Virus record (IMG/VR): IMGVR_UViG_3300031227_000005
Reading direction: 5' to 3' (one strand)
DNA from: a virus
Length of the DNA stretch: 39,713 nt
Part shown: positions 24,658 through 32,771 of the stretch, piece after piece
Numbering within the stretch: the stretch's first letter is position 1
Layout of the letters: every line of letters begins with the position of its first letter
Made by a program: the position numbers and the translations under genes
The notes under the pieces: generated by a model
Database searches by the model: none
What the model was told of the DNA's origin: nothing
What the model saw: only the letters and a program-made list of their open reading frames with translations

Positions 24658-24783
24658 ATGAAGCATCGAATGATCATATGGTTTATCATCCTCGGCGCGG
24701 CGGCAATTGTCGCGAGTTCGCCCGGGTGTGATGACGGATACGGACGGACCGACGGTCGGCCCGCTCGCGTAGTGCGGAGGTAA
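24658..24783 (+). CDS. Small membrane or lipoprotein-like protein (41 aa)
   Basis: Internal ATG with AAAGGA upstream. The product is MKHRMIIWFIILGAAAIVASSPGC..., a signal-like segment followed by a Cys. Confidence 0.35.
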   Translation: MKHRMIIWFIILGAAAIVASSPGCDDGYGRTDGRPARVVRR

Positions 24784-24789
24784 CGAAGG

Positions 24790-25512
24790 ATGTTCGAGAA
24801 TATGAACAACGAGGAATACGCGAAGTTGACGAGCCAGGAACGGGCGGAACATCTTATGCGGGCGTTCGCGGATTCAGTCGGGACTTATTGCCCTGATACT
24901 CACGAGGGTGGACCAGAGGACGAGGAATGTATCTCGTGTGCGTTTGACGGATTCGCACAGAAACACGAATCAGATTGTGAATACGAACGAGCTGTCGCGT
25001 GGAAAACACGCGATCACCTGCACACACTCTCCGTTCGCGGCGAATTGCCGGTGGTAGAGGACACCCGCGAGTCGATGGGCTGGATAAACGTAAAGAAATG
25101 CGACGAGTCGAGGTGCCTCAGCAAGGCCGACGCGGACATGATCAACAGCGTCTCGCACATCGCGTGTTACCTGTTCATGCAGGAACAACCGGAGGAACTG
25201 AAGTGGAGGCGTGATTGCGACGCATGGAACGCCGCGAATATCAAGGTCAAGGTTTGGGGTTGTTGCCCGGTGCACAACGTTGACAACGATCCTGAATGGA
25301 CACTGGACGATGCTCTGGACTGGAACATGCACACGGCGCACCGCGTCAAGTCTCTTCGTGTCGAAGTCAACCAGGAATTCGGGGCAACTACTTTCACCGC
25401 TGATTCCGGGATGGGAAAGGCGTTAGAAACCGCGCGGGCAATGCGCGACCAGCTCCACGAACACGGCACGCCGGAGCAGAAACGACGCGCCGCGAAGGTC
25501 TTGCGCTACTGA
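24790..25512 (+). CDS. Hypothetical Cys-rich protein
   Basis: 240-aa ORF with GAAGG upstream. Confidence 0.55.
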   Translation: MFENMNNEEYAKLTSQERAEHLMRAFADSVGTYCPDTHEGGPEDEECISCAFDGFAQKHESDCEYERAVAWKTRDHLHTLSVRGELPVVEDTRESMGWINVKKCDESRCLSKADADMINSVSHIACYLFMQEQPEELKWRRDCDAWNAANIKVKVWGCCPVHNVDNDPEWTLDDALDWNMHTAHRVKSLRVEVNQEFGATTFTADSGMGKALETARAMRDQLHEHGTPEQKRRAAKVLRY

Positions 25513-25519
25513 GGTGAAC

Positions 25520-26800
25520 ATGAGGAACCGGACGCGGTCAATCGAATTCAGAGGCCAGAACACGAAAGAGACGCGGAAACGGATATTGCGTCACTTCCGG
25601 GCCGCATTCGGTCGCCGCCTTGGGCGTGAAATCTTCGACAGGAACACGAACCGGTCTTACTGGGTCAACGGGGTCGCTGTGTGTCGTTTCGCGGTCACTG
25701 TGAGCGAACGCGCGACGTGGAAACTCTACTGGAGAAACAAGAAGATGATTGATGGATGGGACATTTGGCATGCACACGGCGACAAAAACATGACGGCGTT
25801 GTCGCGCGAAGGCGAACACACCATCGACGACGGCCTCGCGATTGCACGTCACCACAAGGGATCTGATCCTAGAGATGATTCAGACGGCGAGACGCCGTTC
25901 ACCGAATGGCAGACGGAACGTGTCAAGTTGTTGAAGTTCGAGCCGACGCCGGAGGAATACAAGATCGCCGCCGTAGGCGCCGGGCCGGTGTTCGTGCAAC
26001 ATGACAGCGGCGCCGTCTATACCGTCGTGTACGATCCGAGATACCCGTTTCGTGGGTACGTGTCTGGCGCTGTCATTGCGTGCCTAACGTGGAACGGCGT
26101 GAACAAGACGGCGGAACGTGGCGGCGGCCTTCTGTCGGCACGCGCGGCGTTGACCAAACTCCACAACGAGGCAACCGAAGGCTGGACGCTGTTCGCGTGG
26201 GAACAGGCGGAAATCTACGCGCTAGTGAAGCCGGGCACGTTCGACCGAGAGGACGGTATCGCGGCACTGGAGGAACGGCACGGGTACGACGTGATCGGTA
26301 GCGATCAGACATACGATGTGTGGAAACATGAGGTGATGAATCTCGTCACGTTCTCAATTCCGCCAGCGGACAAGAACGGCGAACCGGTTCTCCGGTATGC
26401 AGCCGACGACGAACACGGGACGCCGCACACGCTCCTATTCCATACCGACGGAGTGAACCCGATCATCAAGGACGTGAGGTCGGCGGTCGGTATGTGGTGT
26501 CGTACGCAAGACTACATGTTGCCGCCTGAACTCGGGCGCATCATGCCGTACGTTCTGAAGATCCGCGAGGCGAAAGGGATACCGAGCCTTACCCGTCGCG
26601 AAGAGATCGCCACGGGAGAGCTTTCGACGCTTACCGGAATTGGTGACTCAGAGGCGAAACGGATAATCCATTCATGCGAAGTTATGAGCCTTGACGGCGG
26701 CCAGGTGTATGTTGTCCCGATCACGAAGGAACAAGCGGACCGCGCAAGAACATACGCGTGGGCAAGCGTTCGCCAGGTGTTCGCGGAGCCGCAACAGTGA
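25520..26800 (+). CDS. Hypothetical protein with a C-terminal helix-hairpin-helix motif
   Basis: The ATG at 25520 has GAGG 5 nt upstream (the track ORF starts at GTG 25514). LSTLTGIGDSEAKRII fits the HhH pattern LxxLxGIGxxxAxxI. Confidence 0.55.
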   Translation: MRNRTRSIEFRGQNTKETRKRILRHFRAAFGRRLGREIFDRNTNRSYWVNGVAVCRFAVTVSERATWKLYWRNKKMIDGWDIWHAHGDKNMTALSREGEHTIDDGLAIARHHKGSDPRDDSDGETPFTEWQTERVKLLKFEPTPEEYKIAAVGAGPVFVQHDSGAVYTVVYDPRYPFRGYVSGAVIACLTWNGVNKTAERGGGLLSARAALTKLHNEATEGWTLFAWEQAEIYALVKPGTFDREDGIAALEERHGYDVIGSDQTYDVWKHEVMNLVTFSIPPADKNGEPVLRYAADDEHGTPHTLLFHTDGVNPIIKDVRSAVGMWCRTQDYMLPPELGRIMPYVLKIREAKGIPSLTRREEIATGELSTLTGIGDSEAKRIIHSCEVMSLDGGQVYVVPITKEQADRARTYAWASVRQVFAEPQQ

Positions 26801-27126
26801 AGTTGACAAGTGAGATCAGCGCGATAGCTCGCGATGTGTATGTCGCAATATACGGGGCAAACGTCGTGGTGCTCGTCAACGAGGACACCGTGGGGAAAGT
26901 CCACTGCTTCGTGAAGATCGAAACTGACGATTACCGCATGGACACAGGCGCCGAGGCCGATACTGCCCGCGAACTGTACGACGATCTAAAGCTGGAGATA
27001 GAGATCGGTGTGTCGCGTGCCGATCCCGGAGCTGTCTTCGATCTCATGAGCAGACTGAACGCATGGTATCACGAGACATACGGCGAACTTCAACAACAAC
27101 TGCTCGAAATTGGTGGTGATTCATGA
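26797..27126 (+). CDS. Hypothetical acidic protein
   Basis: The GTG start overlaps the upstream stop (GTGA). 109 aa. Confidence 0.45.
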   Translation: MKLTSEISAIARDVYVAIYGANVVVLVNEDTVGKVHCFVKIETDDYRMDTGAEADTARELYDDLKLEIEIGVSRADPGAVFDLMSRLNAWYHETYGELQQQLLEIGGDS

Positions 27127-27299
27127 CTCGCGCAACGATTGAGAATGCGGTATTCCTCGCGTCCGTCGTCGGGCTGTGGATCGCCAGGACGTGCGCGGCG
27201 TGTGGGATTATCGTCGCGTGGTCGTATGTCGTCGTTCACGGCGCAGCACCTGTCGCGGATCGGATCATCGACGAATTCACAAGGTGGTATAGATCATGA
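27123..27299 (+). CDS. Small membrane protein (58 aa)
   Basis: Not in the track. ATGA overlaps at both ends. It has a hydrophobic core (AVFLASVVGLWIARTCAACGIIVAWSYVVV). Confidence 0.4.
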   Translation: MTRATIENAVFLASVVGLWIARTCAACGIIVAWSYVVVHGAAPVADRIIDEFTRWYRS

Positions 27300-27466
27300 C
27301 TGACGAGAAAAAGCCTGTTGATACGCCGGGTATATGCGAGCCTCGGTACGGTGTCGTGTTCGGGAAGCTCCCGACAATGCAGGAACGGCTCGACCAACTA
27401 GATAAGACTCGAATCCCTTACCGGTACAAGCTCGTGAAGATCGCCGAAGAGGGTGACGAGTCCTAA
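27296..27466 (+). CDS. Small hypothetical protein (56 aa)
   Basis: Not in the track. AAGGTGG lies upstream, and the ORF fills an otherwise non-coding gap. Confidence 0.35.
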   Translation: MTDEKKPVDTPGICEPRYGVVFGKLPTMQERLDQLDKTRIPYRYKLVKIAEEGDES

Positions 27467-27483
27467 AACGAACGGAGGAGCGC

Positions 27484-28225
27484 ATGTCAACGAGAATATC
27501 CTGGACGAACGAGACATGGAACCCGGTGACCGGGTGCACGCCCGTTTCCGAAGGGTGCAAGAACTGTTACGCCGAACGCATGTCGAAGCGGTTGGCCGGT
27601 CGGTGCGGGTATCCTGCAGGTGATCACGCATTCGACGTGCACGTTCACATGAACAGGATGTGGGATCCACTCGGGTGGAAGAATCCGCGAATGGTGTTCG
27701 TGTGTTCAATGGGTGATCTATTCCACAAGCGCGTCCCTGACCACACGCGGGACATGGTCTTTACCGTGATGGCTGGATCGCGGCGGCACACGTTCCAGGT
27801 GCTCACGAAACGCCCGGAAATCATGGCGGAATGGATCAGCAAGAGCGCGTTCGCCGGGGAAAACTTCCCGAGCAATGTATGGCTCGGTGTGTCGGTGGAG
27901 TCTCGCGCGACTCTTGCGCACCGCGTCGGCCAACTGAGTGGCATTGAGAATGTGAGTGTTCGATTTATGTCCGCCGAACCACTTCTTGAATCGCTCGACG
28001 AGATCGATCTGCACATAGACAGCCTTGATTGGATCATCGCCGGGTGTGAATCGATCAATGCACGGCCCGGGACCAGCGAAAGAGGAATGGTTCCGTGATA
28101 TCCGCGACGAGTGTTCGTATTGCAACGTGCCGTTTTTCCTGAAACAGATGGTCGTTGATGGGAAGTTGGTCAAGGAACCGCACTTGGACGGCAATAAGCA
28201 CCTCGAATTCCCCGAAAGGTTGTGA
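27484..28225 (+). pseudogene. Phage Gp37/Gp68 (DUF5131, three-Cys) family gene split by a frame change near 28063..28073
   Basis: The N-terminal part is ISWTNETWNPVTGCTPVSEGCKNCYAERM ... DWIIAGCESINARPG in frame 1. The family C-terminus (EEWFRDIRDECSYCNVPFFLKQ) continues in frame 2 (track ORF 28025..28225). Confidence 0.75.
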
Positions 28226-28228
28226 TGA

Positions 28229-28780
28229 ATGATGCGATATGTGAACTACTTCAGGTACGTGAACCGGCACAAGGGATGGGTTCTGTATTACGCGATCCAG
28301 GCTGTGTGCGGCGACATACCGGAATTCGGGCATACTCAGCTGTCGATCGCGCGTCGGTTGCTCTGGCGTGCGCTGGTCCACGATCTATCCAAGTTCAGGC
28401 CGTCGGAATTCATCGCGTACGCACGTCACTTCTACAACGCAGACGGGACACTCGCAGATCGGAACCGCGACGACCCTGCATACGACGAGGCATGGGGCAA
28501 GCATCTGGAACGGAACGAGCATCACTTCTGGTGTGAGGGTTCGCCGTGGTGCGACGCTGGTGTCGTGGTCAGGCTCACGGATGAGGACACGGTCGATTAC
28601 CTTGCCATTCTGGAGGCTGTGTGCGACTGGTGCGCCGCTGGTCGCGCACAAGGAAAGGGCAACGACACGAAACAGTGGTACCTTGACAATCAGGATCGGA
28701 TCAAGGTCAGCAGGTGGACGCGGGCATACCTGGAGGTGCTGATCAGGGGTCATGTGTGGAAATGGAATGGCGAGAAATGA
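28229..28780 (+). CDS. Conserved phage protein with HD-like motifs (DUF5662-like, tentative)
   Basis: 183 aa with VHDLSKF and HLERNEHHFW motifs. Confidence 0.4.
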   Translation: MMRYVNYFRYVNRHKGWVLYYAIQAVCGDIPEFGHTQLSIARRLLWRALVHDLSKFRPSEFIAYARHFYNADGTLADRNRDDPAYDEAWGKHLERNEHHFWCEGSPWCDAGVVVRLTDEDTVDYLAILEAVCDWCAAGRAQGKGNDTKQWYLDNQDRIKVSRWTRAYLEVLIRGHVWKWNGEK

Positions 28781-29034
28781 AAAGCGAACACAGACTCGTG
28801 CCGGTCGGTGGCGGTTGGTTTGAGTACCAAATTCTATACGATTTGTTGCCGCGTTTTGTGGACATGTGCATGAATGCCTCAACCACGGCCTTGTTAGCCG
28901 AAGAGTCGATGAAGGCATATAGGAAGCGACGCCGCGACACGAAGGGCTACGTCCGCGCGGTCCGCAAGGCCGCACGGCACCGGGTCAGGAAAGCGAACAA
29001 CCGGCGACGCGCCGAACGGAGGTACGGAGCATGA
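28777..29034 (+). CDS. Small protein with an Arg-rich C-terminus
   Basis: ATGA overlap at the start. The C-terminus is KAYRKRRRDTKGYVRAVRKAARHRVRKANNRRRAERR. Confidence 0.45.
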   Translation: MKSEHRLVPVGGGWFEYQILYDLLPRFVDMCMNASTTALLAEESMKAYRKRRRDTKGYVRAVRKAARHRVRKANNRRRAERRYGA

Positions 29035-29300
29035 ATATCACGGCAAGCGGACTATACCTGGAGATACTGTTGACGATCTTCATATTCACATACGTTGTTA
29101 GGATACTCGTAGATGCGGCAGGTATCGTCAAAACAAGCATGGATATCCGCGAGAAGAAACGCCTATTGAAGTTGAAGCAGAAACGCGCGGAAGACGTGGC
29201 GAAGCTATACGGGAAAACTCGCGTAGACCCAGCAGACGGGGATAACCCTGCAGATGAATCCGGGCATTTCATTCAAAACTACGGCACGGTGCCCAAATGA
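29031..29300 (+). CDS. Membrane protein with one TM segment and a basic tail
   Basis: ATGA overlap at the start. The TM segment is LYLEILLTIFIFTYVVRILV. Local GC is low. Confidence 0.5.
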   Translation: MNITASGLYLEILLTIFIFTYVVRILVDAAGIVKTSMDIREKKRLLKLKQKRAEDVAKLYGKTRVDPADGDNPADESGHFIQNYGTVPK

Positions 29301-29479
29301 CAGCAACGAGCAGACGCGAACGGAAGATCATCGGGATGTTCGCCGGGGCACAAGGTCAAGAGATGCACCAGAATGTGAAGAAAAGCGCGCGAAAACGGAT
29401 TCGGAAGATGTGGCACCGCGAAGCACGGCGCGAGTCTGGCGACTGGAACAACGCGGCGCGAAACGATAGGATGAGATGA
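29297..29479 (+). CDS. Small basic protein
   Basis: ATGA overlap at the start. 60 aa, with KKSARKRIRKMWHREARRE. Confidence 0.45.
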   Translation: MTATSRRERKIIGMFAGAQGQEMHQNVKKSARKRIRKMWHREARRESGDWNNAARNDRMR

Positions 29480-29480
29480 T

Positions 29481-29729
29481 ATGGGAATGTTTTTCTCTGG
29501 CTCGATCGCGTCGCACAAGAGATACCGAAGGCGCGAGGCTAGGTGCAAGCAATGCGGCAAGCCATTCGAGAAGCTCTGCGGGAACCACCTGTTCTGTTCC
29601 GAGGAATGCAAGCTGAAGGCAAGGAACGGGACGTGCACGTGCGAGGAATGCAGGAAGGTGTTTGTCGCGACGAAGCCAGGTTCTCGGTTCTGTTCGCGGA
29701 AATGCTACATGGATAACGTTGCAAGGTAG
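29481..29729 (+). CDS. Double zinc-ribbon protein (2 x CxxC...FCSxxC)
   Basis: CKQCGKPFEKLCGNHLFCSEEC and CTCEECRKVFVATKPGSRFCSRKC. Confidence 0.55.
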   Translation: MGMFFSGSIASHKRYRRREARCKQCGKPFEKLCGNHLFCSEECKLKARNGTCTCEECRKVFVATKPGSRFCSRKCYMDNVAR

Positions 29730-29748
29730 TTACAGGGGAGAATCAGAC

Positions 29749-29904
29749 ATGAGCCAGCGTAACGGGCACACGGGAAAGATTTGCTCCCCGTTCACAGGAA
29801 AGGGCGGTCGATCATGGAAGAAGCTGTGGAAAACGCGGGACGTTAGGAAGGTTCGCAAGGCGGACAGGCGCGAAGCTGACGAGAGACACACTAGGGGCAT
29901 CTGA
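29749..29904 (+). CDS. Small basic protein (51 aa)
   Basis: Internal ATG of track ORF 29662..29904 with GGGGAG upstream. It contains KKLWKTRDVRKVRKADRREADER. Confidence 0.35.
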   Translation: MSQRNGHTGKICSPFTGKGGRSWKKLWKTRDVRKVRKADRREADERHTRGI

Positions 29905-29921
29905 CACGAGAGGGCCAACCG

Positions 29922-30260
29922 ATGGGAATGAAAGTGCGGACCGCACGGAAGGGTCATGTGTGTTCATTATGCCAGTATCGCATCCCGAAGGGGACGCTAC
30001 ATCATTCGGGCACATTGACACCATGGGACCACGAGGACAACGACAGGTTCATCAATGTCCATATACACACGGATTGCATGCACGGGGCGACAGAGTGGTG
30101 GGGCGATGGCGATACCGGATTCCTCATTGATGCGCCGACGCCTGAATGGCTTGACGATGAGATCAGATTTGACGGCCTACCCGATCCAGGCATCCACACC
30201 GACGCGATAAACGAGGCTGGCGATGGCCTCGTCGCTTGGTATAATCGAGTGACGGCATAA
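29922..30260 (+). CDS. Hypothetical protein with a CxxC and His/Cys cluster
   Basis: 112-aa ORF with GAGAGGG upstream. Confidence 0.5.
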   Translation: MGMKVRTARKGHVCSLCQYRIPKGTLHHSGTLTPWDHEDNDRFINVHIHTDCMHGATEWWGDGDTGFLIDAPTPEWLDDEIRFDGLPDPGIHTDAINEAGDGLVAWYNRVTA

Positions 30261-30261
30261 C

Positions 30262-30858
30262 ATGCAGAAGCGCACGCCGAAGGAGATAGAAAGCGATCTG
30301 GTTGACGTCGCGAAGATGTACGTCGCCGGTTGGTCCCTTCGGCAGATGGCAGACGCGGCAGGGCGTTCGTTCAAGACCATGCACCGGGACGTCCAGCGGG
30401 TCCGCGAGGCGTGGATCGAACAATACACCGGTACGTATCACGAGCACGTCGCCGCACAACTCGCGAAGATTGACAACCTCGAACGCGAGGCGTGGACAGC
30501 GTGGGAGAACGACCGCACGTCCGACGGTGTATCCGTTGACATGAGCGAGGGCGGTGAGTTGTCGCACATCCCCGGCAACCTCCGGCACGACGCGTCGTTG
30601 CTTGGGAACGTTCGTTGGTGTATCGAAGCGCGGTTGAAAATACTCGGCGCGTTCGGTCCGCATGCGAAGGCACCGGAATTCATCGATGTGGGTATCACGG
30701 ACAAGCACGAGGCGGAACGGTCCATATTCGAGAATCAGGAGGCGTCATTCGCGGCGACTCAATACCTCGTTGCGATAGAGAAGGCACAGGAGCGGGAAGC
30801 AGAATCAGAACCGGAACCAGTCGAAGAAGGTGATGATGAGATCGCACGCACTGACTGA
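30262..30858 (+). CDS. Terminase small subunit (putative)
   Basis: N-terminal HTH-like segment (AGWSLRQMADAAGRSFKTMHRDVQRV). It lies immediately upstream of TerL and overlaps it. Confidence 0.55.
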   Translation: MQKRTPKEIESDLVDVAKMYVAGWSLRQMADAAGRSFKTMHRDVQRVREAWIEQYTGTYHEHVAAQLAKIDNLEREAWTAWENDRTSDGVSVDMSEGGELSHIPGNLRHDASLLGNVRWCIEARLKILGAFGPHAKAPEFIDVGITDKHEAERSIFENQEASFAATQYLVAIEKAQEREAESEPEPVEEGDDEIARTD

Positions 30859-32305
30859 CCCTGGATCACCTGCCAGGAGAGAACCGGATTATTCTCCGAC
30901 GGATGCACGGTGGAGTCCGGTCCACTTCGCGCGGCGCGTGGCGGAGATGGAAGGTCGTCAGTATTTCATCCCGCCGCACATCGCACTGTTGAACGACGTA
31001 ATCCTCCGTGTGGCGTTCGGCGAACTCGAACATGTGATCATCTGCCTACCGCCACGTCATGGCAAGAGCGAACTCGCGTCGGCAAGTTTGCCACCATGGC
31101 TGTTGGGACGTTGGCCTGACCGTCGTGTGATCCTCGCGGGATACAACAGTGAATTCGCTACCGGGTTCGGTCGCATCTGTCGGGATTACATGGAGCAGTA
31201 CGGCGAACAGCTATTCGGTGTCACTGTGGACCCGGCAAGCAGTGCCGCGAACAGATGGGGGATTCGCGGTCACCGTGGCGGTATGCTGGCGTCTGGAGTC
31301 GGTGGAACAATTACCGGGTTTGGTGCGGATCTCATGATTGTTGACGACGCGATCAAGAACCCTGTAGAAGCCATGTCGAAGGCTCGGCGGGATGCTGTAT
31401 GGGAATGGTTTACCCAGGCGGCGTATACTCGCGTTCATGAGGGCGGCGGTACCATCGTGATTGCGACGCGGTGGCACGAGGACGACCTGATCGGGCGACT
31501 GCTTAGTCCTGAGTACGTAGAGGATAAGGCGATGCGCGACATGTGGACCGTCGTCAATCTTCCCGCAATCGCTGGCGACGACGACATCCTCGGGCGCGAA
31601 CCCGGCGAACTGCTCTGGCCTTCGCAATTCGGACAGCTCTATATGGACCGCCGCAAGGCACTGATCGGCGAACGGATGTTCAACAGCCTGTATCAGCAGA
31701 AGCCGATGAAGAAATCCGAGGGTGCGTTGTGGTTGCCGGAATGGATCATCGACGGGCGCGTGCCGAAGACCGACCTTGCACACATACGAGAGCAATGCAC
31801 ACGGGTGGTGGTCGCTGTTGACCCTGCCGATTCACCATCGGGAGAAACCGGGATCGTCGTCGCGGGGTTGGCTGGAAACGACGTCTATATTATCGCGGAC
31901 TACACGGTATCAGGACGCCCGGAGATTTGGGTACCTCGCGTCGTTCAGGCGTACGAGCGGTTCAACGCGAACACGGTCGTCGCCGAAGCGAACTATGGCG
32001 GCGGGATGGTTCAGGATCTGTTGCGACGTGAGACGCGAGACGCCGCAAGGCTTGTACCGGTGAAGATGGTTCGTGCGAAGTACGGCAAGGAGATACGCGC
32101 CGAACCGGTCACGTTGCTGTATGCTCGTGGCATCGTGCACCACGTCGGCGAACATGAGGCACTGGAGGGTCAGCTTTGCACATGGGTTCCGGGTTCCGGC
32201 CAGAAGTCACCGGATAGACTGGACGCGTGCGTGTACGCCGTGATTGAACTCGTTCCCAGTGCGGGAACGGGCAACGCGGCTGTGATCAAACGGTATCAGA
32301 GGTAG
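30830..32305 (+). CDS. Terminase large subunit
   Basis: Walker-A-like LPPRHGKSE, Walker B LMIVDD, the coupling motif IATRWHEDDLIGRL, and a C-terminal nuclease-like region (VVAVDPA...). Confidence 0.9.
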   Translation: MMMRSHALTDPGSPARREPDYSPTDARWSPVHFARRVAEMEGRQYFIPPHIALLNDVILRVAFGELEHVIICLPPRHGKSELASASLPPWLLGRWPDRRVILAGYNSEFATGFGRICRDYMEQYGEQLFGVTVDPASSAANRWGIRGHRGGMLASGVGGTITGFGADLMIVDDAIKNPVEAMSKARRDAVWEWFTQAAYTRVHEGGGTIVIATRWHEDDLIGRLLSPEYVEDKAMRDMWTVVNLPAIAGDDDILGREPGELLWPSQFGQLYMDRRKALIGERMFNSLYQQKPMKKSEGALWLPEWIIDGRVPKTDLAHIREQCTRVVVAVDPADSPSGETGIVVAGLAGNDVYIIADYTVSGRPEIWVPRVVQAYERFNANTVVAEANYGGGMVQDLLRRETRDAARLVPVKMVRAKYGKEIRAEPVTLLYARGIVHHVGEHEALEGQLCTWVPGSGQKSPDRLDACVYAVIELVPSAGTGNAAVIKRYQR

Positions 32306-32668
32306 ATGATGGAGCGCAAGACAGGATACGAAGACCCTCTAACCGACCGTGTGGCATGGAATGACATTCTCGGTGCGGTAATCCACATCGCGATCATCGA
32401 CGAATACGAGGGTGAAGATGATGTCCCGTGTGTCGAACTTGGGTTTGTGCACCATGAAGACCCGGTGAATAAACCAAACTCATTTTTCATCATGGTCCCG
32501 CGTGGAATCACAACCGAAGATGAGTTCATTACAGCGGATACTCCAGTAGAAGCAGCAGCAGGGCTGATGATGATACTATTCGGCAGCGCAAAGCCGGTTC
32601 ACCAGTCTATGGCAGAATATCTCAGGGTGCTGATCAGCTTATACAAGCAAGATGAGCAGGATGGCTAG
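32306..32668 (+). CDS. Hypothetical protein (lambda gpW position)
   Basis: 120-aa ORF between TerL and the portal gene. Confidence 0.45.
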   Translation: MMERKTGYEDPLTDRVAWNDILGAVIHIAIIDEYEGEDDVPCVELGFVHHEDPVNKPNSFFIMVPRGITTEDEFITADTPVEAAAGLMMILFGSAKPVHQSMAEYLRVLISLYKQDEQDG

Positions 32669-32683
32669 TGAAGCCTCCTGAAG

Positions 32684-32712
32684 TTGCACAAACCCTGTTC
32701 GCGGTGTAGATT
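32684..32712 (+). promoter_or_regulatory. Possible sigma70-like promoter upstream of the portal gene
   Basis: TTGCAC, a 17-nt spacer, then TAGATT, within the 103-bp gap 32669..32771. Confidence 0.25.
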
Positions 32713-32771
32713 GGAAAATATACGCAGAGTGCCACGCATGACGCGCACCGCCTCACCAATCGGAGAATCGT

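Noticed and set aside
28368-28975. Overlapping alternative-frame ORFs (28368..28742 plus strand, 28385..28975 minus strand) across the HD-like gene
   Set aside because: Their compositions are Arg/Ser/Thr- or Arg/Pro-rich and atypical of proteins. The 28229..28780 frame has conserved-looking motifs and proper start/stop coupling with its neighbours.
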